The position numbers and the translations under genes are program-made. From Bacteroidota bacterium (GTDB taxonomy: Bacteria; Bacteroidota; Bacteroidia; M30B66), in the NCBI GenBank assembly GCA_027483445.1, contig JAIXUS010000005.1, positions 140,927 to 204,926 on the forward strand: 64,000 nucleotides of DNA. The letters run 5' to 3'. This document shows positions 8,485 through 19,046 of this stretch, piece by piece. Every line of letters starts with the position of its first letter. The first letter of the stretch is position 1. The notes under the pieces were generated by a model, which was not told where the DNA came from, did not search any database, and worked only from the letters and a program-made list of their open reading frames with translations.

Positions 8485-9963
8485 ATGTCGAAATCTGCGA
8501 TAGTTATAGGTGCGGGCTTTTCCGGGTTATCTGTTTCAGCCTCTCTTGCTCAAAAAGGTTATTCGGTAACTGTGCTTGAAAAACACAACCTGCCTGGAGG
8601 GCGCGCCAGGAAGATGCAAGGAGGCGCCTACACCTTCGATATGGGGCCAAGTTGGTACTGGATGCCTGATGTATTTGAGCAGTATTTTGCAGCTTTTGGG
8701 AAAAAGCCTTCCGATTATTACAGCCTAAAAAAACTGGACCCATCCTACTTTATATATTGGGGCAAAAATGAATACACGCCCATTCCATCAGGTGTTGATG
8801 CCTTGGTGGCTCTGTTTGAACAATACGATCCGGGAAGTGGAAGTCGCTTGAGGCAATTTTTGAATGAGGCTGAATATAAATATGATGTAGGAATCAACAA
8901 GCTGGTTTACAAACCAGGAAGGAGTTGGCTTGAATTTGCCGATTTGGAATTGGTCAAGGGTGTTTTCAAACTAGATGTATTTAAAAGTATCTCAAAACAC
9001 GTTCGTAAAGTAACCAGTAACGATAAACTCATACGTCTCATGGAGTTCCCGGTGCTTTTCCTCGGGGCTCTTCCATCAAATACGCCGGCGTTGTACAGCT
9101 TAATGAATTATGCTGATATGGCTTTGGGTACTTGGTTTCCTGAAGGTGGCATGTACGAAATTGCCAAAGCCATGCATGCATTGGCTGAAGAGCAAGGAGT
9201 AAAGTTTAGGTTTTCGGCCGATGTAACTTCATTTGAATTTGAAGGCACACGAATTTCTGGAGTAAGGGTAGGAGGGGAGTTGCTGAAGGCTGATGTGATC
9301 GTTTCGTCGGCCGATTACCATTTTACCGAAACCCGACTACTCCCCAAGGCTCTCCAATCCTATTCATCAAAATACTGGGAAACCAGGGTGATGGCTCCCT
9401 CCAGTCTCATTTATTATGTTGGGCTAAACAAGCAGCTTGATCATTTGGCGCATCACAACCTTTTCTTTGATGAATCGCTCGATGTTCACGCTGAAGAAAT
9501 CTACACTCGTCCGCAATGGCCATCTAAACCATTGTTCTATGTATCGTTGACCACCAAAACCGATCCATCGGGTGCTCCTCCCGGACATGAGAATATGTTC
9601 ATACTTATACCAGTTGCCGCTGGATTAGAGGACACCGATGAAGTGCGAAAGAAGTATTTCGATATGGTTATTGATCGGATGGAATCCCATACAGGGCAAA
9701 CTATCCGCCAGCACATCGATTTCTACAAGGCCTTTGGTTACCGCGATTTTGTATCAGAATACAATTCGTTCCGCGGCAACGCATACGGATTGGCCAATAC
9801 ACTCAAGCAAACCGCGATACTGAAGCCATCCTGTAAAAGCAAAAAGGTCGATAACTTGTATTACACAGGCCAGCTAACAGTTCCCGGCCCGGGTGTTCCA
9901 CCTGCTTTGATCTCCGGTCGAGTGGTGGCCTCAGAAATCGCAAAAGATTTTCAATTGAGTTAA
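8485..9963 (+). CDS. crtI: Phytoene desaturase (CrtI) family FAD-dependent oxidoreductase
   Basis: The N-terminal dinucleotide-binding motif AIVIGAGFSGLSVSASLAQKGYSVTVLEK plus GGRA are conserved, along with C-terminal CrtI-family blocks (YYTGQLTVPGPGVPPALISGRVVA). The probable start is the internal Met MSKSAIVIG. No crtB is adjacent, so the exact substrate is inferred. Confidence 0.75.
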   Translation: MSKSAIVIGAGFSGLSVSASLAQKGYSVTVLEKHNLPGGRARKMQGGAYTFDMGPSWYWMPDVFEQYFAAFGKKPSDYYSLKKLDPSYFIYWGKNEYTPIPSGVDALVALFEQYDPGSGSRLRQFLNEAEYKYDVGINKLVYKPGRSWLEFADLELVKGVFKLDVFKSISKHVRKVTSNDKLIRLMEFPVLFLGALPSNTPALYSLMNYADMALGTWFPEGGMYEIAKAMHALAEEQGVKFRFSADVTSFEFEGTRISGVRVGGELLKADVIVSSADYHFTETRLLPKALQSYSSKYWETRVMAPSSLIYYVGLNKQLDHLAHHNLFFDESLDVHAEEIYTRPQWPSKPLFYVSLTTKTDPSGAPPGHENMFILIPVAAGLEDTDEVRKKYFDMVIDRMESHTGQTIRQHIDFYKAFGYRDFVSEYNSFRGNAYGLANTLKQTAILKPSCKSKKVDNLYYTGQLTVPGPGVPPALISGRVVASEIAKDFQLS

Positions 9964-10010
9964 ATTTCTTTTTCGTGCTCTTGTTTTATCTTGGCTCAGA
10001 TTTTAAGACT

Positions 10011-11312
10011 ATGAAGCAGCATTACCTCACGTGTTTATTGTTTCTCACTTTCAGCCCGCTTTTATTCGGGCAAAGTGTTCATCGCTGCGGCGATCATCTC
10101 CACAAACAGCAACGTTCGGCTGTAGATCCGGATTATCTGACTAAGCGCTCTGCACTCGATGAGTGGATTGCGTCATCCGCGCAAGCGCAAACAGGCCGAT
10201 CTACAGAGGTTTACCGTATACCGGTTGTTTTCCATGTAATCTACAACAACGCCGAGCAAAATGTTTCTGATGAGGTGATTCTCGATCAATTGGCCATTTT
10301 AAATGCCGATTACAATCGTTTGAATGCCGATACCTCCTTAACCAGACCAGAATTTCAGCCTGTTGCAGCATCGGCCGGAATTGAGTTTTATTTGGCGGAA
10401 TGGGATCCACAGGGCAACCCAACCAACGGAATCACAAGAACCGAGACAAATCAGGCCACATTTATCAATCTGCAATTCGATTTGAACCGGATGAAGCGGG
10501 CTTCTACCGGCGGCGTGGATGCCTGGGATGTGACACAGTATCTCAATATTTGGGTTTGTAATCTGGCTTTGCCCATTATAAACACACCATTTATATTGGG
10601 TTTTGCTACACCACCTGATGGAGCTCCGAATTGGCCTGACGGTTCGGCCGCAGAGCAGCCTGAGTATGATGGAGTTGTGCTCCATTATGAAGTGGTTGGC
10701 AGTAACCCTAATGCCACTGGAGCTCTTGCTACAGTTAACCGGGGGCGCACTGCTGTTCACGAAGTGGGGCATTATCTTGGGCTTCGCCATATTTGGGGTG
10801 ACGGACAAGCTGGTGAAGGATGTAATGTAGACGATGGACTTAGCGATACACCCAATGCAGCCGAAGCTCAACAACAGACCTGCGATTACACCTCAAACAC
10901 CTGCGATGAAGGCCCCGGCGATTTGCCTGATATGCTCGAAAATTATATGGATTATTCAGATGAAAGCTGCATGAACATATTTACTCAACAGCAAGTAAAT
11001 GCCATGAGATTTGTTATTGAGAATTTTCGTGAGTCGCTTCTAACTTCTTCGAAATCAATTAGCAAGGATTTTGAGAAAGTAGCCATCTTCCCGAATCCAT
11101 CTTCTGATTTCATCCGATTTCGCTTTCCACAAGATTTGAACAACGTTCGCTGTCTTGTTTACAACTCGATGGGTCAACTTGTGTTATCCCAAACGATAAA
11201 TACCAATGAGACACTTTCTGTTGAATCGCTTAAAGGTGGAGTATACTTCGCTACATTTGAGCATCCCCGTTTTCGTGCAAGTTCTTCATTCGCAAAAACA
11301 AACAATCCATGA
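10011..11312 (+). CDS. M43 (pappalysin/cytophagalysin) family zinc metalloprotease with T9SS type A C-terminal sorting domain
   Basis: HEVGHYLGLRHIWGD fits the HExxHxxGxxH zincin motif of M43B. The C-terminal ~80 aa (IFPNPSSDFIRFRF...GVYFATF) are Por/T9SS CTD-like. There is an N-terminal signal peptide. Confidence 0.8.
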   Translation: MKQHYLTCLLFLTFSPLLFGQSVHRCGDHLHKQQRSAVDPDYLTKRSALDEWIASSAQAQTGRSTEVYRIPVVFHVIYNNAEQNVSDEVILDQLAILNADYNRLNADTSLTRPEFQPVAASAGIEFYLAEWDPQGNPTNGITRTETNQATFINLQFDLNRMKRASTGGVDAWDVTQYLNIWVCNLALPIINTPFILGFATPPDGAPNWPDGSAAEQPEYDGVVLHYEVVGSNPNATGALATVNRGRTAVHEVGHYLGLRHIWGDGQAGEGCNVDDGLSDTPNAAEAQQQTCDYTSNTCDEGPGDLPDMLENYMDYSDESCMNIFTQQQVNAMRFVIENFRESLLTSSKSISKDFEKVAIFPNPSSDFIRFRFPQDLNNVRCLVYNSMGQLVLSQTINTNETLSVESLKGGVYFATFEHPRFRASSSFAKTNNP

Positions 11313-11462
11313 TGGATGTGTTGACAAGTTTTTTTTCATAAATGTAAATCACTGTTATCCTGAGTTTTTCTTTGTAACTCGACTGCGCATAATTGGCTTT
11401 GCGAATGATTTTTTTATCTGAGCAATCTGTTTATTTTTGCCCGTCGCCTTAAACCACACAGT

Positions 11463-14400
11463 ATGAAACGAAGCTTTTACGTGGCTTTATTTTCTGTTCT
11501 CACCGCATTGTTGCCAACTACGCTTGTATTGGCAGAGTCTGGAGTTTCGGAAGCCAATCACCCTTCACCGGTAAATGTTGCCGGACAGGCTGTTATTTCA
11601 ACCTTGCCTGTGTCTTCGCTGAGCCTTTGTCAGGGTTCTGCAATCGTAGTGCAATTCAATGCTAGCGGTGCTGTTTTCTCACCTTCCAATATTTTTACTG
11701 CAGAGTTGTCGGATGAAAACGGCAGTTTCGCTTCGCCAACGAATATTGGTAGTGTCGTTTTAGGGGGAAGTTCGATTCCTACCAACACATATATATTTGG
11801 AGTAATCCCTGGTTCGGTACCTGCTGGTGCGGGTTATCGTATTCGGGTTGTTTCTTCTGAGTTTCCGGCTATCCCATCTTTGGATAACGGTGCCGACATT
11901 GCCATCGGTAGTGGTTTTGCACCATCTATTCCTAGTGTTATCGTGAATGGCCCTACAGATTTTTGCTTTGGTTCTGCGACAACCTTTCTGACCTCATCTG
12001 TACCGAGCGGTAATTTGTGGTTTCCTGGAGGCACCAACATCAATCCATTTATTGGCGTAACCTCCTCAGGATGCTATTACACGCAAATAGCAAACGGATC
12101 TGGTTGTACTACCTCATCTGTTCCTGTTTGTATCAATGTAAACACACCAATCTTTACTTTCCTTGCATATTTCGAAAACGGCAATATTGCCTCTACCGCA
12201 GACACGACAATTACAGTATGTCAGGGAGACTCTGCTGAAATCGGGATTTTGATTGAAGGCGGTGTAGCTCCGTTCGACATCAGCTATACGCCAGACGGGT
12301 TTAACATTATTACTGTTAACGACGTTGGAGTCCCTTCAAATAGTCCAAACACTTTCCAATACACTTTCTTCACCTCCACAGCAGGTATTTACCAAACTAT
12401 TGGAGTTACCGATAACTTTCCTACCAATTGTGGATCAAACGGTAGTTCAGGAACAGTAATCGTTCAACTTGCTCCTCCTCCTGTTACAAATTTTAGTTAC
12501 GAGCCGTTCTGCGGCACTAGTTCTGGAGTACCCGTTCTGGCAAGTGGTTTCTTAGGTGGTGGTGTTTTTTCATTTGCAACCCCTCCGGGTGATGGCGCAA
12601 CCATTAATCCTACAACTGGCGTGCTTTCTAATACAGTAATCGGGGCCACCTACACAGTTCAATATACTGTTCAAGGTCCCAACTGTGAAGCATCTTCAAC
12701 AACCACTGTTACAGTCGACGACTCCGATGTTGTTGAGTTCTCGATAGAGCCTTTCTGTTCCGGAAGTCCTTCAGAATTGCCCGAAACTGTTCCTGGATTT
12801 GCCGGTGGTGGTACTTATTCGTTTACAACAAACCCTGGTGATGGTGCTTCGATTGACCCAGTAACAGGGGTGATTACTGATGCTTCCCCATCAGCCACCT
12901 ACAACGTTACATATACATCTCCTGCTGGAGTATGTCAGAATACATTTTCAACGACTGTCACTACACTTGAATCACCTGAAGTTACGGCTGTCGTTGTGAA
13001 CACTGAGTGTGGAGAATCTTCCGGTTCGATTGACGTAACCGTTAGTTCCGGAGAAACTCCTTACACCTACAGTTGGTCTAATGGAGCAACCACTGAAGAT
13101 ATTTCAGGTTTGCCTTCTGGACCATACACATTCAGAGTAACCGATAACCAAGGGTGTGTAGTAGATACAACCATATCTATCATAAACACCAACCAACCAG
13201 AATTGGTATTCGACATCGACAATGCTTCTTGCGGTGATCAAAATGGTAGTATCACGCTTACAATTAACAATGGCGTAGGTCCTTTTGATATCGTTTGGAC
13301 TCCGACGGGTTCGGGTTTGCAGCTTAACAGTCTTGCTCCTGGTACCTACGACGTAACTGTAGTCGATAATGGTACCACCTGCGAAGTGAGTGGTTCTGCT
13401 ACCATCACGCAGGAAGGTGCACCACAGGCAACGTTTACCGTAACAAACGCGTTATGCCAATCGCCTGTAGGAGCTATTGATGTAGATGTTACCGGCGGAA
13501 CTGCTCCAATCACACACAGCTGGAGTAATGGAGCCACTACCGAAGATATTAGCGGACTTACAGCGGGTACTTATACCGACACAATTGCAGATGCCAACGG
13601 TTGTCAGGTTATTATTTCTGCGAACATCATTAACGCCAACCAGTTTACAGCCACATCAACAGTAGTTAACCCAACCTGTGCCAACTTAAGCGGTGGCTCA
13701 ATTGACGTAACAATTACAGGTGGAGACGCGCCTTTCTCTTTTGTTTGGTCGCCCAACACTCAAAATGTAACGGAAGACGTTAGCGGATTGACAGGTGGAA
13801 CTTATACTGTTGAAATTACCGACGACGCAGGTTGTGAGTTTACTCTTCAAAGTGTAATTACAGCTCCCGTTCCTCCAACTGCAACAGTTGATCTTGTGCC
13901 AGCACAATGCGGGCAATCAACCGGATCAGTTAATGTTACCGTTCAAGGTGGTTCCGGGAATTTCACATATTTATGGAGTAATGGTGCAACAACAGAAGAT
14001 TTGACTGCTGTGCCTGCTGGCGATTACAGTGTGATTATTACTGATGTAGCCGATCTTTCATGCACAACAACTGCATCTGCAACAATTGTGAACGACAATG
14101 AACCAAGTGTAAGCATTTCAACAACGAATACATCTTGTACCGCAAATACCGGAACTGCAACACTTTCGATTACCGGAGGTTCTGGAGACTTTTCCTTCGT
14201 ATGGAGTGGCCCCAATTCCTTCAATTCTACAGACCAAAACCTAACAGGCCTGGCCTCGGGAACTTACAATGTTGTCGTAACCGACATTACTACAACCTGT
14301 GTTGTTGAGGAGTCTGGTGTTGTTTCACCTGCTGATGCTCCTGAGTTAGATGCAGTATCCGTTAATACCACATGTGGGCAAAACAATGGTTTGATTGACA

Positions 14401-17400
14401 TTACCATTGACGGTGGTACTGAGCCATTTACTATTCTTTGGAATGGCAACCCATCTACGGAGCTCGACCGCATCAACCTCGCTCCGGGGACCTACACCTT
14501 CCTTTTAACTGATGCGAACGATTGCTCGGTTACTCAAACCTTTGAGATTCTTCCTTCTACTCAGCCGGTGATCGATGGAATAGCAATAAACCCAACTTGT
14601 GGAAACGATACTGGTAGCGTTAACATCACTGTTTCTCAAGCTGTAAGTCCAATTGTTTATGCTTGGACTCTTGATGGTTCGGCTTTCTCTAGCAGTGAAG
14701 ACCTCTCGTCATTGGCTCCCGGTACATATATTATTGTTGCGACTGATGGAGCAGGCTGTATAGTTCGCGATACCTTCAACCTCATTTACGACAACCAACC
14801 GGTTCTTTCATTTACTTCCACTTCTACTTCCTGCGCGGCACCAACTGGCTCTATCGATTTAACAATCACGGGCGGCCAAGCTCCATTTGATATATCTTGG
14901 ACAGGACCTGATGGCTTCACATTCATTGGCCCTGATCCAACTGGCTTATCAGCCGGATGTTACAATGCTACTGTGGTTGACGCAAACACATGTCAAGTAA
15001 CCCTTGAAGTTTGTATTGAGAATACTGATGGCCCAGACGTTACACTAACACCGGCTCAACCTAATTGTGGCGAAGACAATGGCTCTATTACTGCGTCCAT
15101 TTCAAATGGTGTGGAACCATATTCATTCATTTGGACACCTGATCTTGGTCAAACACTTACGCCTTCCAACCTAGCTGAAGGTACTTACACAATTGAAGTT
15201 ACAGATGCAAACGGTTGCGAAACAACTGCGTCGGTTACTTTGACCAATACTGGACTCCTTGTTGTAACAGCTGATCAGACCGATGCAAGCTGCGGAACAG
15301 ATAATGGAAGCATTACTTTGCAAGTAAGCGGAGGAGTTGCTCCCTACTCATTCTTGTGGAGTCCATCAGGTGAAACTACCAATTCAATTTCAGGTTTAGG
15401 CAGTGGTGCTTATTCTGTTGTTGTAACTGATGCTGTAGGTTGCGAAGCTTCCGGTAACTTCACCATTAATGAGGCTCCTGGACCACAAATCACCTTTACC
15501 AGTACAAATGCCCTTTGTGGAAACGACAATGGCTCTATTGATGTTACAGTAACCGGAGGTTCTGGAAACTACGCATACAATTGGGTAGGAAACGGAATTG
15601 GAAATGCAGCTACTCAAGATCAGAATGACCTCCCCGCAGGTGAGTACAAAGTAATTGTTACTGATTTAACAACCACTTGCGTGGATAGTATCACAGTAAA
15701 CATCCTCAACAGCAACTCATTTGTTCTAACAGGTTCAGTTGTAAACACTACTTGTGGGAATGACAATGGTGCTATCACATTGAATATTCAAGGTGGTGAT
15801 GACCCAATCAATATTCTTTGGAATATTGGAAACACTTCAACTTCTCTTTCTGAGCTATCCGCTGGTGATTACATCGTTACGGTTACCGATGGTGCCGGAT
15901 GCGAGGTTGTTGATACTTTCACCGTATTGCCATCTCAACCACTTTCAGCAACCGCATCTTCTACTGATGCAACCTGTGGATCTTGCAATGGTGTTGGAAC
16001 CGTTATCGTAAATAATGGAACAGGTCCTTTCACCTATTTGTGGAACAATGGTGCAACTTCGGAATCGCCAAATACGCTTTGTGCTGGTAACAACTCTGTA
16101 ATCGTAACTGATCAGTCAAATGCTTGCTCCGATACTGTTGAATTTGTAACGAATGGTGCACCTGCACCAGTGGTTACCACAACTTCAACCAATACGAACT
16201 GTGGCGAGTCTATAGGTACTATCGATGCAACTGTAACAGGCGGCACAGCTCCATTTACTTTCAGCTGGAATGGCCCGGGTGTTAATAATGTTAACACTGA
16301 AGACCTAACTGCATTGGCCGCAGGTACATACACACTTGAGGTTACCGACGCCAACGACTGCTCGGCCAATGCGAGTGTGACCATTGTTAATGAAAATGAG
16401 CCGGATGTTGTTCTTACCCCAACAGGAACCGAATGTGGAGCATCTACCGGCGCTATCGACTTGTCCATCTCTGGCGAAACCAGTCCAACGTATGCCTGGT
16501 CTGGTCCTGACGGATTTACATCTACCGCTGAGGACATTAACAACCTGGCCGCAGGTGAGTACACAGTAATTGTTACAGATGGTCTTTGCGTGGTAACAGA
16601 ATCGGCCACCGTAGTCAATGCTGATGGTCCAGTAGCTACTGTATCGGTAAGTGCCGACACCATTTGTGCAAATGCACCGGTTACATTAACCATCGATATC
16701 ACTGGAACAGGTCCGTTTACATTCACTTACAATCAAAATGGTACTCCAGTAACTGTGAATGGTTTCGCTGGAAACACATTTACAACCACTATCGCCCCAG
16801 CAGTTCAGACAGATGTTGAATTGGTTTCGATAGTTTCCGATTTGGTGCCTGATTGCGAAGGTTCTTTCGGTGTTTCTGAGGTTTCAATTGTTGTGAATCC
16901 AAATCCTATTGAACCTGTAATTACTGCAAACGGCCCCGCAACGTTCTGTGAAGGTGGAAGTGTAGTTCTAAGTTCAAATGCGCAAACTGGAAATGTTTGG
17001 AATATCACAGGTCCAGATCAGTTTAATCAGTCAATCACTGTTTCAACTGCAGGATCATATGCTGTAACTGTAATCAATCAGTTTGGATGCGCCGACACCT
17101 CAGAAGCTTTGGTAGTAGAAGTGCTTCCCAATGGAATTCAAGCCAGCTTCAACGATACAACCGTTTGCGCAGGTACACCGATTCAGTTTAACGCCACCGG
17201 TGGAACTAGCTATGTTTGGTCTCCATCAATTTACCTTTCTGGAACCATCATCGCGAATCCTATTTGTACTCCATTTGAGTCTACAACGTATGTTGTTACT
17301 GGAACCGGTATTTGCGGCACAGGTAGCGATACCGTTAATGTAACTGTCCTTCCGATTGTAAATGCAAATCTTGGTTCAGACATTACCATTTGTCAAAATG

Positions 17401-19010
17401 AAGTCTTAACGCTCTCAGTAGACAGCGTTGATGGTGCAACCTACGCATGGGGACCAGCCAATGCTATCGTAGGGGCGACAAATGGCCCTTCTGCTGTAAT
17501 CAATACATTTGCTACGACTATCGTAACATTATCTACGGTAAACACCAATGGATGTGAAAGCACAGACACGCTGTTAGTGACTGTAACTCCATCGAATGCC
17601 GTATTCAATATCACGGCAAATGGCCCAACAACCTTCTGTCAAGGTGAAAGTGTAGTTCTTGAAGCTACAACCGGGAATCTTGTAATTTGGAGCAACGGCT
17701 TAGTAAACTTCGATGAGATAGAGGTTACTGAAAGTGGAAATTACTTTGCCATTTTCACAGGAAGCAATTGTCCGGCTTATTCCGACACTATCGAGGTTGT
17801 CGTAACTCCTCTTCCTGCTATTTCAATCGTGGCGCAAGGTCCAACTACTGTGTGTGATGGCATCTGTGCAACGCTGAACGCCAGTGAAACATCAAACATC
17901 CAGTGGACATTAGCAGATGGTTCTACATCAACGCAAGGAACAATTCAAGCTTGCGACGCGGGCTGGTACATTCTCTCAAGGACAGAAAACGGATGTACAG
18001 GTGTTGATTCCATCTTCATTTCAGTTGCACCACCGCTTCAGACGCCTGTTATCACTTTAGACGGTAACGATATTCTATGCGAAGGCCAAACTACTGCCAC
18101 ATTAATCAGCAGCTCTGCTATCGGCAATCAGTGGTCGGTAAACAATAGTGCCATTGCGGGTGAAACTGGTAATACCATCGTGGTTTCATTAGGCGGTACA
18201 TATACTGTAACTGTGACAAGTCCTGAAGGATGCACAGCTACTTCAGCACCGATTGTAATCACCGTTAAGCCAGTTGTACCTATCGACATCATTGCTCAAG
18301 ATTCGGTTGTTTGTAATGATGAGGAAGTTTCTATACTTCTTTCGGCCACTGTGGGCTTCGAAACCTACCTGTGGCAGCCAGCTGGTGAAACAACACCTCA
18401 AATTACAGCTACATCTGCTGGTAACTATTCAGTAACTGGTGTAACTGCCGACGGTTGTTTCTCTACCGCAGAATTTGTAATTACTCAGAATGTTCCGTTC
18501 TCCCTCAGCTTGAATAGTCCAATTAAGTTCGACGATTTTAATGTCACAGCTCTGGGTGCAAGTGATGGTTCTATTGACCTCACCATCTCTGGTGGTGTTG
18601 GTCCGTTCAACTACAGCTGGTCCAATGGCTCAACTAATGAAGATTTGTCAAACATCCCTGGCGGAACATATACTGTGACAGTTACAGACGCGGAAGGCTG
18701 TCCGGTTGTTGATTCGATCTTTGTTAAAGAACCTCAAGGTATTAAGCTGCCTAATGGCTTTACACCTAACGGTGATGGTTTCAACGATTTCTATGTGATC
18801 AAAGGAATCCAAGGGTACCCAGGTAACAAGGTGAACATCTTTAACCGTTGGGGTAATCTTGTGTATAGCAGACAGGATTATAACAATGATTGGGACGGTG
18901 TGAGTAATGATGGTAACCTTCTGCCTGACGGTACGTATTTTATCGTCGTTGACTTAAATAAAGAAGGAACAGAAAACCTTGAAAACTTTATCGACCTTAG
19001 AAGAAAATAA
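11463..19010 (+). CDS. Giant (2515 aa) SprB-repeat cell-surface adhesin with gliding-motility-associated (T9SS type B) C-terminal domain
   Basis: It has a signal peptide. Roughly 18-20 tandem ~75-aa repeats fit the pattern C..n.GSIDvTvtGGt.PytysWSNGATTEDISGL..GtYTvtVTD..GC (the SprB repeat). Ig-like Cys-containing modules follow. The terminal block is LPNGFTPNGDGFNDFYVIKG...FNRWGNLVY (TIGR04131-type CTD). Confidence 0.85.
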   Translation: MKRSFYVALFSVLTALLPTTLVLAESGVSEANHPSPVNVAGQAVISTLPVSSLSLCQGSAIVVQFNASGAVFSPSNIFTAELSDENGSFASPTNIGSVVLGGSSIPTNTYIFGVIPGSVPAGAGYRIRVVSSEFPAIPSLDNGADIAIGSGFAPSIPSVIVNGPTDFCFGSATTFLTSSVPSGNLWFPGGTNINPFIGVTSSGCYYTQIANGSGCTTSSVPVCINVNTPIFTFLAYFENGNIASTADTTITVCQGDSAEIGILIEGGVAPFDISYTPDGFNIITVNDVGVPSNSPNTFQYTFFTSTAGIYQTIGVTDNFPTNCGSNGSSGTVIVQLAPPPVTNFSYEPFCGTSSGVPVLASGFLGGGVFSFATPPGDGATINPTTGVLSNTVIGATYTVQYTVQGPNCEASSTTTVTVDDSDVVEFSIEPFCSGSPSELPETVPGFAGGGTYSFTTNPGDGASIDPVTGVITDASPSATYNVTYTSPAGVCQNTFSTTVTTLESPEVTAVVVNTECGESSGSIDVTVSSGETPYTYSWSNGATTEDISGLPSGPYTFRVTDNQGCVVDTTISIINTNQPELVFDIDNASCGDQNGSITLTINNGVGPFDIVWTPTGSGLQLNSLAPGTYDVTVVDNGTTCEVSGSATITQEGAPQATFTVTNALCQSPVGAIDVDVTGGTAPITHSWSNGATTEDISGLTAGTYTDTIADANGCQVIISANIINANQFTATSTVVNPTCANLSGGSIDVTITGGDAPFSFVWSPNTQNVTEDVSGLTGGTYTVEITDDAGCEFTLQSVITAPVPPTATVDLVPAQCGQSTGSVNVTVQGGSGNFTYLWSNGATTEDLTAVPAGDYSVIITDVADLSCTTTASATIVNDNEPSVSISTTNTSCTANTGTATLSITGGSGDFSFVWSGPNSFNSTDQNLTGLASGTYNVVVTDITTTCVVEESGVVSPADAPELDAVSVNTTCGQNNGLIDITIDGGTEPFTILWNGNPSTELDRINLAPGTYTFLLTDANDCSVTQTFEILPSTQPVIDGIAINPTCGNDTGSVNITVSQAVSPIVYAWTLDGSAFSSSEDLSSLAPGTYIIVATDGAGCIVRDTFNLIYDNQPVLSFTSTSTSCAAPTGSIDLTITGGQAPFDISWTGPDGFTFIGPDPTGLSAGCYNATVVDANTCQVTLEVCIENTDGPDVTLTPAQPNCGEDNGSITASISNGVEPYSFIWTPDLGQTLTPSNLAEGTYTIEVTDANGCETTASVTLTNTGLLVVTADQTDASCGTDNGSITLQVSGGVAPYSFLWSPSGETTNSISGLGSGAYSVVVTDAVGCEASGNFTINEAPGPQITFTSTNALCGNDNGSIDVTVTGGSGNYAYNWVGNGIGNAATQDQNDLPAGEYKVIVTDLTTTCVDSITVNILNSNSFVLTGSVVNTTCGNDNGAITLNIQGGDDPINILWNIGNTSTSLSELSAGDYIVTVTDGAGCEVVDTFTVLPSQPLSATASSTDATCGSCNGVGTVIVNNGTGPFTYLWNNGATSESPNTLCAGNNSVIVTDQSNACSDTVEFVTNGAPAPVVTTTSTNTNCGESIGTIDATVTGGTAPFTFSWNGPGVNNVNTEDLTALAAGTYTLEVTDANDCSANASVTIVNENEPDVVLTPTGTECGASTGAIDLSISGETSPTYAWSGPDGFTSTAEDINNLAAGEYTVIVTDGLCVVTESATVVNADGPVATVSVSADTICANAPVTLTIDITGTGPFTFTYNQNGTPVTVNGFAGNTFTTTIAPAVQTDVELVSIVSDLVPDCEGSFGVSEVSIVVNPNPIEPVITANGPATFCEGGSVVLSSNAQTGNVWNITGPDQFNQSITVSTAGSYAVTVINQFGCADTSEALVVEVLPNGIQASFNDTTVCAGTPIQFNATGGTSYVWSPSIYLSGTIIANPICTPFESTTYVVTGTGICGTGSDTVNVTVLPIVNANLGSDITICQNEVLTLSVDSVDGATYAWGPANAIVGATNGPSAVINTFATTIVTLSTVNTNGCESTDTLLVTVTPSNAVFNITANGPTTFCQGESVVLEATTGNLVIWSNGLVNFDEIEVTESGNYFAIFTGSNCPAYSDTIEVVVTPLPAISIVAQGPTTVCDGICATLNASETSNIQWTLADGSTSTQGTIQACDAGWYILSRTENGCTGVDSIFISVAPPLQTPVITLDGNDILCEGQTTATLISSSAIGNQWSVNNSAIAGETGNTIVVSLGGTYTVTVTSPEGCTATSAPIVITVKPVVPIDIIAQDSVVCNDEEVSILLSATVGFETYLWQPAGETTPQITATSAGNYSVTGVTADGCFSTAEFVITQNVPFSLSLNSPIKFDDFNVTALGASDGSIDLTISGGVGPFNYSWSNGSTNEDLSNIPGGTYTVTVTDAEGCPVVDSIFVKEPQGIKLPNGFTPNGDGFNDFYVIKGIQGYPGNKVNIFNRWGNLVYSRQDYNNDWDGVSNDGNLLPDGTYFIVVDLNKEGTENLENFIDLRRK
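12960..16960 (+). repeat. In-frame tandem array of ~225-bp (75-aa) SprB-type repeat units inside the adhesin gene
   Basis: Recurring WSNGATTED(I/L)SGL and C(G)..(N/D)GSI(D/T) blocks are visible at ~75-aa spacing in the translation. Nucleotide identity between units is partial. Confidence 0.6.
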
Positions 19011-19046
19011 TCTCCAACCCCTGAATCTGAACTAAAAACAAAAACA

